From: the human T2T-CHM13v2.0 reference genome, Homo sapiens
Direction: 5' to 3' (one strand)
NCBI RefSeq assembly: GCF_009914755.1
Contig: NC_060930.1
DNA length: 64,000 bases
Under the pieces are notes generated by a model. It saw only the letters and a list, made by a program, of their open reading frames with translations, did no database searches and was not told where the DNA came from. This document shows positions 39,626 to 56,959 of the stretch, piece by piece. Each line of letters begins with the position of its first letter. Within the stretch, counting starts at the first letter, position 1. The translations under genes and the position numbers were made by a program.

Positions 39626-40216
39626 CAGGGCTGACCTCTTATAAGTATGGGCAACGTAGTATATTCCTTAGCAGTGTGAACAGTGCAGTCACACAGGGCC
39701 AATGAGGCACACACACTCAGAAGGGCTTGGGGTTTAATGTTGGTTGTCACTATCTCAACATGTTGAAACATTTTATCTTTGGAATTATGTTTTGTACTTG
39801 AAGTCCCATGGGACAATCGAGACCTGGAATCTCAGCTCATACAGAGTCCCTTGCCTCCCACTCCCTCTCCCTGAGATGAGTTCTCAGCCGCCTGCTCTCT
39901 GCCCCTGCCCAGAGACTTCTGCCACTCTCCAACCCTTGAGGGGCCTGGGCACAGGCATAGAGAGGGCAGTGATTGTGCCCGTGTACACTGAGTACTGAGT
40001 CACTGGGAGGGGTCCTGGGTGCCTGTGAGGGTCTGCACTTGCACCAGGAATACCATCATGCTTGAGGGAATGCAACTTTAAAAAGCAAATAAAAGAGACC
40101 CAAGACAGGTAGAGAAATAGCAGAAAAGATAAAGCCTTTTTTCCCCCCGATGTTTGAACAGAGGTCTTCAAACTTTTGTTTTGCACTGAGTCCCACAAAT
40201 TATGTAGCTGGCCTGG
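39626..40216 (+). mobile_element. MER45B/C-like hAT-Tip100 element
   Basis: cagggctg start, gtgcagtcacacagggcc, and end ttttgcactgagtcccacaaattatgtagctggcctg. Confidence 0.75.
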
Positions 40217-40687
40217 CTAGGCACAAACTATTTTAAAGTTTTTGATTTTTAAGCAAGTTCTCCTTGTGAAAGGATTATCCCTTGAGTCTGGTACTTCTTT
40301 TGGAGATCCTAGATGGTCCTAGTTGTGTTCTTTAAGACAGTCTTTGAAAATCTCATATCTGGCTCCTATTTAGTAACCTGTTAGCAGTGTCTTGTTTTAT
40401 TATACAGTATTTTTTTAATATCAAAAGTTTGGTTCATGTTAACACCTTCTCCTCATACAAAAGTCAGTAATTGAGTTTTGGGTTACTTATTTTTTTAAAG
40501 CAGAGTACGCTTTTAAAGTGAATGTTATTATCTTTTATTTCTCATTTTGAAGTCAAAAAGCATGGAAAAGAAAAACCAATATTTCAAAGTAACTAAAAAA
40601 ACTCAACATTAGCCTTTTTTAAGTGAATTGATCAGAAAGATGCAAAGTGTATAATAGTCATGATTTAATGTTAGTGATCTTCCTACA

Positions 40688-40974
40688 TTTTTATTTGTAT
40701 AAATGTAAGAGGTACAAGGGCAATGTTGTTACATGGATATACTGTGTAGTGGTGAAGGCTGGGCTTTTAGTGTATCTGTCACCTGAATAATGTGCATCAT
40801 ACCCATAAAGTAATTTCTCATCACTCACTGGCCTCTCACCCCACTGCCCTTCCAAGTCTCCAAGGTCTATCATTCCACACTCTGTGTACATGTGTACACA
40901 CTGGTTAGCTCCGACTTATAAGTGAGAAAATCAAATGACTTTCTGTTTCTGGGTGTTTCACTTAAGATAATGGC
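40688..40974 (-). mobile_element. L1PB (PB4-like) 3' end fragment
   Basis: ggtacaagggcaatgttgttacatggatatactgtgtagtggtgaag...ttagctccgacttataagtgagaa. Confidence 0.8.
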
Positions 40975-42894
40975 TATTTTTTAATGTGCTTGTTTGATTA
41001 GTTTTGCTTTCTTCTTGTTTGCTTGTTTTGCTATAAAACTTTTGTTTTAGAAGCTAATATAGTTAAAAATATTTTTGATCTGGATGGAAAACAAGTGAAC
41101 AATTATTTGAGATTGCTTAAAAAAACACTTAAAATTTAACATTTTTAAAAACAACATACTATAGAAAATTATTAATTTGCTTTTTATGTGGAACTTTCAT
41201 TCCTGGGAGATGTTAGTCCCCGAGGGGAAAATAAAATTAAACTTCTATGCAAACAATTGGGTTAATATGTTTTTCTAAGCCGGGTATATTCTTCATGAAA
41301 TTGCTAATTGGAGCTTATTTCTATGGGCGCTGTATATTTCATCGCAGTTCATCTTTCATATCCTGGGAAGTATGTCAAAATCTGCATGATATGTGTCGTG
41401 TTATAAGGACTTTAAAGCCTCACAACTATATATCTTTGTCTTTCAGCAATTTTCTGCATGTCCAGTAGATTATTCAGATGTAGGTTAGAGACACTAAGAT
41501 CTGATTTAAGATCATGAGGTTTTGGTGAAAGCTCTAGAAGCTCATTATCCTCTCTGATATGTTGTGGTTTATATCATTATCTGGCAAAATAAAATTGAAG
41601 CCACTGTTTAAGTACCTTTTCCCCCAAGCCTATATAAATGCCTTTCTCCTAATTGAAGACTCAAACTCATTTGAGGAATTGTTTGAATATTCTGGAAAAA
41701 AAATACATCTTCAAGAAGATCTACCTTGTCATAACATTAAAAAAAAGCAGACAGTAAACTTCTATTTCAAATGGGTTACTGCTGCTATAATTAAATGTTC
41801 TGTATCATGAACGCTAAGTTCATTGTGAGGAAATAAGAGTGGTTTCTTCCCAGAATAAGATAAGCTTTAAAATATTTTGCAATTTTGAGATAATATTCTA
41901 TTATTATAACATGGGAAGGCAAAATGGCCTCTTGGCCCCTGATGTAACTGGAAGAGTATGGCATCCCTAGATGTAGATGTTAAAGATGGTGAAAAGTTTG
42001 AGTTAGATATTTGGTGCCAATTTCATCCTACAGATAAACTATATCATCCATGTTTATTTTTACGACGTTGCTTTTCATAGTGCAGCTGCTTGCCTGGTTA
42101 GGAAGACAGATTGGTGACCCGCAGTCATACACATTGATTAGGTGACAGCCTGTATTCTGAACAGTAGCTAGGGCCATGGCCTGGAGAATTTTCCACTGTT
42201 GGCAGTTGTTTTGCCTTTGCAATGTGGACAGTGTAATGGTTTTCTACAAATTAAACTACTTTGTCTTCAGCGGTTGCAGGCCAGTGGGTTCTGTTGACCC
42301 TGGGCACTTTTGAGCAATCAGCATCTTTGTATTGTAACTTTTCAAGCTCTGTTTCCTTTCACACTTTTCTTTTGTTTGGGTGAAAACTGCCTTGTGTCTT
42401 CATGGTTGGGGTGGTGGATTCTGAGCCAAAAATGGCATCTTTTTTTAAAAATAGAATATATGAAAATATTTGTCATTATTACTTACCTCATCAATATAAT
42501 TATTTGGAAAATCTCTCCTTCAGTTTTCTTACAGGAGAAAAGTTTCAGGGAGAAATCTCCTATGTGTATTTTTTCTTTGGGCTTAGTTGTTTAGTAAAAA
42601 AGGATGTTATTCTGGGTTATGAGCATCTCTTACGAGGAGGTCTGTAAGAAACTGATGGGAATGGTTTTTGGAATTAGACAGATTTACAAGACAATGTTCA
42701 AATCTTGAGTATGGAAAAAATAAAAATCTTGGATACCTAGGTAAGTTTTGGAAATCAAAACATGCTAAGATCCAACATTCTAATGATCCTTTAATCAGCT
42801 GGTTAATAGTATGTTCATATTTACTTCTAAATTATCCCATTCTTAAGAACTGCCTTTTATCTCTATCCAAATTCCTCCAAATATTCTACAATTG

Positions 42895-43005
42895 CCTTCC
42901 TTCCTTCCTTCCTTCCTTCCTTCCTTCCTTCCTTCCTTCCTTCCTTCCTTCCTTCCTCCCTCCCTCCCTCCCTCCCTCCCTCTCTCCCTCCCTCCCTCCC
43001 TCCCT
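42895..43005. repeat. (CCTT)15 followed by (CCCT)n polypyrimidine microsatellite
   Basis: Counted directly; 111 bp of pure pyrimidine on the + strand. Confidence 0.97.
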
Positions 43006-43325
43006 CATATGGTGATCTTTTGGTATTTACTTTTTATTCTGGTGCCTAACCTCACAAAAGTAGCATTGTAAAAAGCACAAGTTTTTTTTTTTTTTTTGGT
43101 TTCTTTTTCTTTTTTTTTAAATTATACTTTAAGTTTTAGGGTACATGTGCAAAACATGCAGGTTTGTTACATATGTATACATGCGCCATGTTGGTGTGCT
43201 GCACCCATTAACTCATCATTTAACATTAGGTATACCTCCTAATGCTATCCCTCCACCCTCCCCCCAACCCACAACAGGCCCTGTTGTGTGATGTTCCCCT
43301 TCCTGTGTCCATGTGTTCTCATTGT

Positions 43326-47151
<3,826 letters not shown>

Positions 47152-47214
47152 TATGATGTTAGCTGGTTATTTTGCTCGTTAGTTGATGCAGTTTCTTCCT
47201 AACCTCGATGGTCT

Positions 47215-48231
47215 TTCCAATTTGGCATGTTTTTGCAGTGGCTGGTACCCGTTGTTCCTTTCCATGTTTAGTGCTTCCTTCAGGAGCTCTTTTAGGACAG
47301 GCCTGGTGGTGACAAAATCTCTCAGCATTTGCTTGTCTGTAAAGTATTTTGTTTCTCCTTCACTTATGAAGCTTAGTTTGGCTGGATATGAAATTCTGGG
47401 TTGAAAATTCTTTTCTTGAAGAATGTTGAATATTGGCCCCCACTCTCTTCTGGCTTGTAGAGTTTCTGCCGAGAGATCTGCTGTTAGTCTGATGGGCTTC
47501 CCTTTGTGGGTAACCTGACCTTTCTCTCTGGCTGCCCTTAACATTTTTTCCTTCATTTCAACTTTGGTCAATCTGACAATTACATGTCTTGGAGTTGCTC
47601 TTCTCAAGGAGTATCTTTGTGGCGTTCTCTGTATTTCCTGAATGTGAATGTTGGCCTGCCTTGCTAGTTTGGGGAAGTTGTCCTGGATAATATCTTGCAG
47701 AGTATTTTCCAACTTGGTTCCATTCTCCCCGTCACTTTCAGGTACACCAATCAGATGTAGATTTGGTCTTTTCACATAGTCCCATATTTCTTGTAGGCTT
47801 TGTTTGTATCTTTTTGTTCTTTTTTCTCTAAACTTCTCTTCTCGCTTCATTTCATTAATTTGATCTTCCATCACTGATATCCTTTCTTCCAGCTGATCGA
47901 ATCAGCTACTGAGGCTTGTGCATTCGTCACCTAGTTCTTGTGCTGTGGTTTTCAGCTCCATCAGGTCCTTTAATGACTTTTCTGCATTGGTTATTCTAGT
48001 TAGCCATTCGTCTAATTTTTTTTCAAGGTTTTTAACTTCTTTGCCATGGGTTTGAACTTCCTCCTTTAGCTCAGAGTAGTTTGATCATCTGAAGCCTTCT
48101 TCTCTCAACTCGTCAAAGTCATTTTCCATCCACCTTTGTTCCATTACTGGTGAGGAGCTGTGTTCCTTTGGAGGAGGAGAGGCGCTCTGATTTTTAGAGT
48201 TTCCAATTTTTCTGCTCTGTTTTTTTCCCAT
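47215..48231 (-). pseudogene. L1 ORF1p, disrupted
   Basis: ATG at 48231 (MGKKQSRK...); premature TGA at codon 49 (48085-48087, a CpG-type CGA>TGA change); the native stop has become GAA at 47215-47217. Confidence 0.92.
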
Positions 48232-49258
48232 CTTTGTGGTTTTATCTACCTTTGGTCTTTGGTGATGGTGACCTACAGATGGGGTTTTGGTGTGTATGTC
48301 CTTTCTGTTTGTTAGTTTTCCTTCTAACAGTCAGGACCCTCAGCTGCAGGTCTGTTGGAGTTTGCCAGAGGTCCACTCCAGACCCTGTTTGCCTGGGTAT
48401 CAGCAGTGGAGGCTGCAGAACAGCGGATATTGGTGAACAGCAAATGTTGCTGTCAGATCGTTCCTCTGGAAGTTTTGTCTCAGACGAGTACCCGGCCGTG
48501 TAAGGTGTCAGTCCGTCCCTACTGAGGGTTGCCTCCCAGTTAGGCTACTCGGGGGTCAGGGACCCACTTGAGGAGACAGTCTGTCCATTCTCAGATCTCA
48601 AGCTGCGTGCTGGGAGAACCAGTACTCTCTTCAAAGCTGTCAGACAGGGACATTCAAGTCTTCAGAGGTTTCTGCTCCCTTTTATTTGGCTATGCCCTGC
48701 CCCCAGAGGTGGAGTCTACAGAGGCAGGCAGGCCTCCTTGAGCTGCGGCGGGCTCCACCCAGTTCGAGCTTCCAGGCCGCTTTGTTTACCTACTCAAGCC
48801 TCGGCAATGGCAGACGCCCCTCCCCCAGGCTCACTGCCACCTTGCAGTTTGATCTCAGACTACTGTTCTAGCAAGGAGCGAGGCTCCGTGGTCACATGAC
48901 CCTCCGAGCTAGGCATGGCATATAATCTCCTGGTGTGCTATTTGCTAAGTCCGTTGGAAAAGCGCAGTATTAGGGTGAGAGTGACCCGATTTTCCAGGTG
49001 CTATCTGTCACCCCTTTCTTTGACTAGGAAAGGGAATTCCCTGACCCCTTGCACTTCCCGGGTGAGGCGATGCCTCACCCTGCTTCGGCTCACACTTGGT
49101 GCGCTGCACCCACTGTCCTGCACCCAGTGTCTGACACTCCCCAGTGAGATGAACCTGGTACCTCAGTTGGAAATGCAGAAATCACTTGTCTTCTGCATCA
49201 CTCACACTGGGAGCTGTAGACTGAAGCTGTTCCTATTTGGCCATCTTGGCTTGACCTG
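48232..49258 (-). promoter_or_regulatory. L1 5'UTR: sense promoter (YY1 core at 49239-49249), antisense promoter region (~48650-48860) and retained 129-bp ZNF93-target segment (~48360-48488)
   Basis: ccaagatggcc on the minus strand; the segment between gtctgttgga and gtacccggccgtg that L1PA2/L1HS lack is present. Function is inferred from family knowledge only. Confidence 0.75.
48807..48899 (+). pseudogene. L1 antisense ORF0, truncated
   Basis: Translates MADAPPPGSLPPCSLISDYCSSKERGSVVT*, similar to ORF0 MAGAPPPASLPPCSLISDCC...; TGA at 48897-48899. Confidence 0.75.
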
Positions 49259-50014
49259 AAAGCACAAGTTTTGAATTATTGAGAGTGTCCATTGAAACCT
49301 TACTGTTGGTAATGATGAGATTGAACGTTTCCATTTCCAACATCTCATAAGTTTTAGTAGCCAATTTTCTTTGATTAGTCTGTTTATTTAAGTATTCTTA
49401 TTTTTCTACACAGGTTATTTAAGTATTCTTATATTTCTATACAATATTTTTTATTTAGATCATATCTTTTAAAACCCAGATATGAAAGCCCCTCCTCCCC
49501 TCCTCCCACACCTCCATTCTTTCCTTCCTTCTTCTTTTTTTATTTTCAAGATATTCAACCCACTTTATTGATGGCTGCTCACTTCTGCATTTTAGAGCTT
49601 TTAGAGTACATAACATCTGAAAAATCTGTTTTGAAGTTTCCAACTGCAATATTCTTACCATTAATAGTTTCATATCTTTGTTCAAATTATTTCTTCCACC
49701 TGAAATGTCTAAGCTATATTTAAGGGGTTTCTAACACAGAAACATTTTTATTTTTATATAATAGCTATCAAGATTTAACACTGTGATATCGTGATATATT
49801 TTATGAAATCTGTGAAATACACGGGTTCAATAAATATTGAGTTATATATTTTTAAGATGTAAAACTTATTTCGTTTTATGTTTATCTCTAATACAATAAG
49901 CCTAAAATTAATTTTAGTGAATACATGAAAATAGAATCTAATTTTTGCTCATTGAATGTAAGCAGTTATACAAATGTTGAATAACATTTTGTTTTTGTTG
50001 ATAAAACTGTGAGG

Positions 50015-50322
50015 GGCCGGGAGCAGTGGTTCATGCCTGTAATCCCAGCACTTTGGGAGGCCAAGGCAGGAGAATCATGTGAGGTCAGGAGTTCGAGACC
50101 AGCCTAGACAACATACTGAGACCCTGTCTCTACAAAAAATTTTAAAAATTAGCCCAATGTGGTGGCTCATGCCTGTAGTCCCAGCTATTCTGGAGGCTGA
50201 AGGCTGAGGTGGGAGGATCTCTTGAGCCTGGGAAGTTGAGGCTGCAGTGAGCTGTGATTGTGCCACTACACTCTAGCTTGGGTAATAGAACAAGACTCTG
50301 TCTCAAAAAATAAATAAATAAA
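50015..50322 (+). mobile_element. AluJ
   Basis: J-type gagaccctgtctctacaaaaaatt...gaggctgcagtgagctgtgattgtgcc; small internal aggctga duplication; (AATA)n tail. Confidence 0.9.
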
Positions 50323-50329
50323 CTGAAAA

Positions 50330-51760
50330 ACCACACTGAAGTCTGTGAGGGAATAACATTTAAATAGGAAATGACAAAACAAAACAAAACCTTTTGCTAA
50401 AGAAATAGTGCTAAGCAGTGAACCCATTTAATTATTAAAACTAAAATAAATCTGACAAATTTTGCTATGGGATAGAATATATGTTATACAGTCTGATAAT
50501 ATGAATGTAAGTATATGTATATATGCTACATAAACTATAACTATATTACATATATATTTATAGTTAGGAGGGAAAAAGGAAAGAGTGTGGAAGGAGTATA
50601 AATATACTGCTTTCAGCTTTCATACTTGGGGTTTAAAAGATATGATCAAAATAAAAACTATTGTAAAGAAATATAAGAATACTTAAACAAAAATAATACT
50701 TAAGAATACTTAAACAAAGAAAAAATAAGAAAAATAGAATACTTAAATAAACAGAGAGACCAATCAAAGAAAATTGGCTACTAAATATTATGAGAAGTTG
50801 GAAATGAAAATGTTCAATCTCATCATTACCAACATTAAGGTTTCAATGGACACTCAATAACTAAATCTTGTGCTTTATATAATGCTGCTTTTGTGAGGTT
50901 AGGCACCAGAATAAAAAGTAAATACCATAAAATCACCATATGAAATACCAAAATGAAACAAAGTAAAAAAATATATGGACCATACATTTAAAGATTGTAG
51001 ACAATATGATAGAATTAGGGCTAGACACATCTGTCATATTAATAAATTCTAATGTGTTAAGTGCACCTATAAAATGAAAAATGCGTGGTTTTCAAAGCCA
51101 AATAAAATTTTATATTATATTCAAGATATACCTAAAAATTTTTGGAAAATTTGAAAGCACATCTACAGACAAATGAATATCAGGTAAATGCAACTGAACA
51201 AAAAGGAGTAGTTGTAAAATTACATAAGACAAAATCTGATTCAGCAAGAAGACAACAAATGAGATGAAGAGTACCACATAAAATGATAGTGAATGCAATA
51301 AACAGGGATAATATCATGAGTTTATCATAGTACCAACACTTACTAAGCAAAGGGCTACAAAAATATAAGAAAAATAGAAACACATTGGAGATAGAGGCTT
51401 TATTTCAACTCACTCAGACCTTGACATTTCAAATGGCCCAAGAGTAGGTAAGAGTTTGAGAAACAAAAATATAAGTAACTAGAATAACTACAATTGATTA
51501 CACTAAACACTATGCCCCCACAAAAGGGACTATAGTTTATTTCTAAAGTAAGTGCTCATGGAACACTATAAAAGCAGAACATATGTGAGTCCTAGCACAT
51601 CTCCAATTAATGTAGTATATTTTAAAATTCCTAATTTTAAAATCATAAAATTCCTAATTAAAGAAAGAAAAATGATTATGAAAGATGATCACTTTCATAA
51701 TTATTTAACTGTTATTAGAACTTATAAACCTTAAAACATTATTAAATTATCTTGAGTAAA
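50330..51760 (+). mobile_element. Very old L1M fragment (inter-ORF/ORF2 EN region) containing the right arm of the inverted duplication
   Basis: A-rich; catattaataaattctaatgtgttaagtgcacctataaaa resembles the ORF2 start region; highly decayed. Confidence 0.45.
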
Positions 51761-52011
51761 AAAGTACATTACTGAGATTTAAAGGCTAACTATCCATGCT
51801 CCTGATACTTTTTTTGGCTGGAGTCATTGTGATATATCCACCTCTATTTATTTTGTCTGCCTGTCTCTTAAGTGAATTCAATTCTGGATAGTTTGCCCAT
51901 TTCCTAACTATATCTTCCTCTTTATTCATTTTGGAGCTTATACTTGTACAGCTATCTTCCTATAATTAACATATTTATTAAGTTAATTTTTAGTATTGAG
52001 TTTTTTGATGA

Positions 52012-52333
<322 letters not shown>

Positions 52334-53825
52334 AAGATGTTTTGATTTACATATTCTAAGTGAATATTAGAAAAATTAGAGGTAAATATAAATGCTGTTA
52401 TTTTTATACAGTGTGAGAGAGCAATATTCATTCACTTTGTTAAATTTATTAAATATAATTTAATGTATTTTTTCATTTTAGGTTAACCATTTTATCTAAA
52501 ATAATAAAAAATTGTCTCATTAAAAAATTTATGCCACATTTGTTATTGTTTCTCATTTCAATGACTAGCAATTTCAAAACAATTTTAAAGAATAGGGTTC
52601 ATAGTGAACCTCTCAACTTATTTCTTAATTTAATAAAAATATTTTTACTTTTTTATTAATATGTTGCTATGTATTGAAATGTTTAGCATTAAAAATTTTT
52701 GTTTTTATTTTATCAGTTTACAAAGAGCTTAATGTTCTTTGTAAACTGGTAAAATCAAAAAGTACCATTATAAAAATTATATTATTCTTTGAATATGAAT
52801 ATGCTGTAGGTTTTATTTGCTAACATTTAATTAGGATATCTGAATTTATATTTAATTATCTCAAACACTATTATTTTCATAATTGTAGGTAAAAGAAATG
52901 CATTAGCGATTTCATAGAGCTTAACCAAGTATAATTAAGGTTACATTATAATTAATCTGTGTGTTTATTAACTTTGTCAAGCTTTTAAGTTTTGGGTAGT
53001 ATTTAAAACATAGATTTTACTTATGTATTTGGCAAGTAAAAGTTGTATATATTTATGATGTAGAACACTATGCTTTGGAACAGTATTAGCACCTAAATAG
53101 TAATTTATAATTTCATTCTTAGAAATTATGCCAGTATCAGGGTCAGATGCTGTTTTTGGATGCAGAAGATTTAAAAAGCATTTAAAAACATGCTCATTAC
53201 CCTACAACTATTCATGTTTTCTATTTTTTTCTTGAGTCAGTTTGGACTCTTTAACCATTTCATAGAGATTTGTCAATGTTATTAACATTTGTCACATATT
53301 AAATTCTCATAGTTTTGAAAATATATGCAATGTCTGTATATGTAGTTATTTATATGTTCTTAGTATCATTTATTTGTGTTTTTATGTCTTTTTTAACTAG
53401 ATTTCCCCCAAATTGGTATATTTTATAATTTTAATAAAATCTGACCTCAGATTTAATCATTGATAAGATATATTCTAATTTATTGATTACTGCTTTTGTA
53501 TCCTAATTATTTCTGTTTATTTGTTTTATTTTTTCCTTTCTAATTTAAATTGAATGTTCAGTTGATTTATTTTTACTCTTTTCTATTAAAATATTCAAAA
53601 CTTCAAATTTTCTTTGGCCATATCTCATAAATAATGATGACTACTGTTTTAAAAATCATCTTCCCTAAAAACTTTGTGTATGGCAATTTTGTGGTTTAAA
53701 GGAATATGATTTCACCTCTTATCATTCAACAATAAAAATATAAAATTCTATCGTAAAATTCCAATTTAAATATTTTGCATTAAAGTAATGTGGCCAGCAA
53801 AATTGATTTATTTGTTCTTCAAAAT

Positions 53826-54330
53826 TTTATTTTACACCTTTAATTGACAAATTACGTCATATATGGTGATTTGATATACACATATATTTTGAAATGACTA
53901 CCACAATCAAGTCAATTAACATCTATCTCCTCGCTTAGATACCACTTTTGTTTTGTTTTGTTTCCCTTTTTTTCTGGTGAAAACATATCCAATAGGGTAG
54001 TGTTGAATATAGTCCTCATGCAGTATATTACCTTTCCAAAACTTGTCTTACTAAAGTTGATGTCCTTTGACAAACATTTCTCCATTTTCTCCACACCTCA
54101 ATCCCTGCTACCATTATACTCTTAGCTTCTGGAGTTTGACCTTTATAGCTTCAACATGTAAGTGAGAAAGTACAGAATTTCCCTTTGTACATCTGACATT
54201 TCACTTAGCATAATGCCTTCAGGTTTCATCCATATTGTCACAAATGGTAGAATTTTCATTTTTATCACTGAATCGTATTCTATGTGTGTGTACTGCAAAT
54301 TCTTTATCCATTTATTCATTGATGGTACAA
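53826..54330 (-). mobile_element. L1MA (MA8-10-like) 3' fragment
   Basis: gaaatgactaccacaatcaag...; track ORF 54143-54352 (ILPFVTIWMKPEGIMLSEMS) resembles the ORF2 C-terminus. Confidence 0.75.
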
Positions 54331-55013
54331 AACTGAGTTTTTTGGTGTTCACTGACGTTTTATGTATTGTCTGAAAACTTATGTATTATTGACTGCTACA
54401 AAAAATGTTAGCAGTCAATGGGAGCTTATACAGAAAGTATATTTACTTTTATTAGGGAACAAAACAATGCAAAACTTTGAATTTAACTTGTTAAAAATAT
54501 CAATAATGCTTTCTGTGTCTTAAATTTTTTTATTTATCTCTTTCATGATGCTTTTATTTTCATCTTGCTGTTTTTATCTTTATCTTTATCTTTATCACTT
54601 ACCACTTGTTCCTATCAAACATTTAATGAACAAACATGTCTTCCCAGCCTGAGACACTAAGGAGAATGAGGGCAGAGCTCTGTGGGCCTCTCTTCAGACT
54701 TTCTGCTTAGACATTGTACTGTGATACTAACTAGCATCAACAGCACCAACTGGAATCCAAGACTTCTCTAATGAGCTGAAATTGTCCATAGCTGCATCTT
54801 TGGAAGTGAGAGAAATATTAATTTTTCATAAATTAGTATACAAATGAAAGAAAAAAAAACAGGATTGGCAATGTACATTTCAGGTGAAACATTCCTATTC
54901 AACCTGTCTGCTTTTATACACTCCTCAATCTGGGATTTTGACACAGTGAAAAATGCAGGTGAGAGTATGGAGATGGGTAAGGGGTGATAACTCAGACCCT
55001 GTGGCTTACTACC

Positions 55014-55373
55014 TGATATGGTTTGGATTTGCATCCCCACCCAAATCTCATGTTGAGGAGGGGCCTGGTAGTAGGTGTTTGAATCATGGGGGCAGATTTT
55101 CCCTTGTTGTTCTGATAGTGAGTGAGTTCTCAAGAGATCTAATGGTTTAAAAGTGTGTGGCACTTCCCCCCTTGTTCTCTCTTCCTCCTGCTCTGCCATG
55201 GTAAGACATGCTTGTTTCTCCTTGGCCTTCTCCCATGATTATAAGTTTCCTGCAGCCTCGCAGTCATGCTTCCTGTTAAGGCATTGCAACCATGAGTCAG
55301 TTAAACCTCTTTTCTTAATAAATTACCCAGTTTCAGGTAGTTCTTTATAGAAGTGTGAAAATGGACTAATACA
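55014..55373 (+). mobile_element. MaLR solo LTR (MSTA/THE1D-like)
   Basis: tgatatggtttgg...atggactaataca; exact TSD ctacc at 55009-55013 and 55374-55378. Confidence 0.93.
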
Positions 55374-56025
55374 CTACCTGAACATTTCTCATTCTCTCTT
55401 TCTGCTCCCCCTAATTGGAAAGAATGTATATTTTATTTTCATTCTTAATGGGAACTTCTCAATTGTCATTTCTTCTTCTTTAGAAGTGGTGACAATTTCA
55501 CTTAAATTTTACCTTTCTGCTTGGAAGGACTGCTGGGAAAAATAACTAAAAATCTCGATTTCTAAAAGGGCAGACTAGATGCTGACTTATTTATAAAACA
55601 TATCCCTATTACATTGTTTTTCAACTTTTAGGGTCAAGCTATTGAAAAGGTGAGAAACACTTTATTGTGATTACTGGACAAAATGTAAATTATTAACTTT
55701 GAGCGTATAAAGATAAAAGTGTGGTGGATAGATGTTAGTTAGCTAGAGGAGGCAGGAATGGTGTAGGTTAACGTTTTCCTTTCATAAAGTTGGAGTCAAA
55801 GATTCTACCTTTGTTAAATGGAACAAGGAATGAAGATTTAAGTTGATCATTTATAATTGCACAGATCAGTGGGAAAACTAGAATATTGATATAGTTTTAT
55901 TTGAAGAAGGAATGGATGAGTAGACAGAAATTAAGCGATAACTTCTAAAGCTGGTAGGTCATGAATTAGGGGTTAAATCATGTTAGAGTAATGGAAGATC
56001 ACTAAAAGGACTAAAATTTTCTTTT

Positions 56026-56351
<326 letters not shown>

Positions 56352-56959
56352 TTAAATTTTTTTAAGTGGTTGCTTTCTGGGGAGTTAAGAGATGGGGTAA
56401 CGAATTATTGAACTTATCTCTTCTGTATTTTTAATTTTTTTTAAAAAAGGATATTTATATTGTCCTTTATATGTATATAAAATATTACATATGCCCTTGG
56501 TATTGATTCTTGTGATAGACTAAAAATATTAAATAAAAATCAAACAAATACAAAATCAACAGGAACAATAAAAATAAAATAACAGTGCAGCTATCCCAAC
56601 GAGAGATAATCACTACTGTGGGTGCTACCAAGAATTCTTATACCTGTTTTCCCTTTTTAGCCCTTCTGACTACCCTTTGTCTATATTTATAAACAAGTAC
56701 CTCCCCACCAAACTTCATGTAGCAGCTCAAACTTACTCATTCTTCAGATCTTACCTTCCTGTGAAAAGACTTTAGGACATTAATTTGGTCCCTAACAAAA
56801 CTCAAAATGATTTTTAAAGGTCTCTACCATAAGTAATTGAATTTTATTTTTAATTCAGAGAGAAATGAAGATTTTCAACTATTAAACCCTCAATTCTACC
56901 TCTTAGTATCAATTCTATTTCACTTGGGGCATGTGTGTATGTATGTATAAATATATATA

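Noticed and set aside
42668-43015. 115-aa ORF with PSFL/PSLP repeats
   Set aside because: The length comes from reading through the stop-free (CCTT)/(CCCT) microsatellite, and the start codon is not ATG.
47179-47217. ORF1 stop-loss extension (ERPSRLGRNCIN)
   Set aside because: A real substitution, but irrelevant because ORF1 already terminates at codon 49.
50672-50750. Three spaced aagaatacttaaa repeats as a CRISPR-like array
   Set aside because: Only ~13 bp long, irregular A-rich spacers and a primate context; slippage duplications within the inverted-repeat arm.
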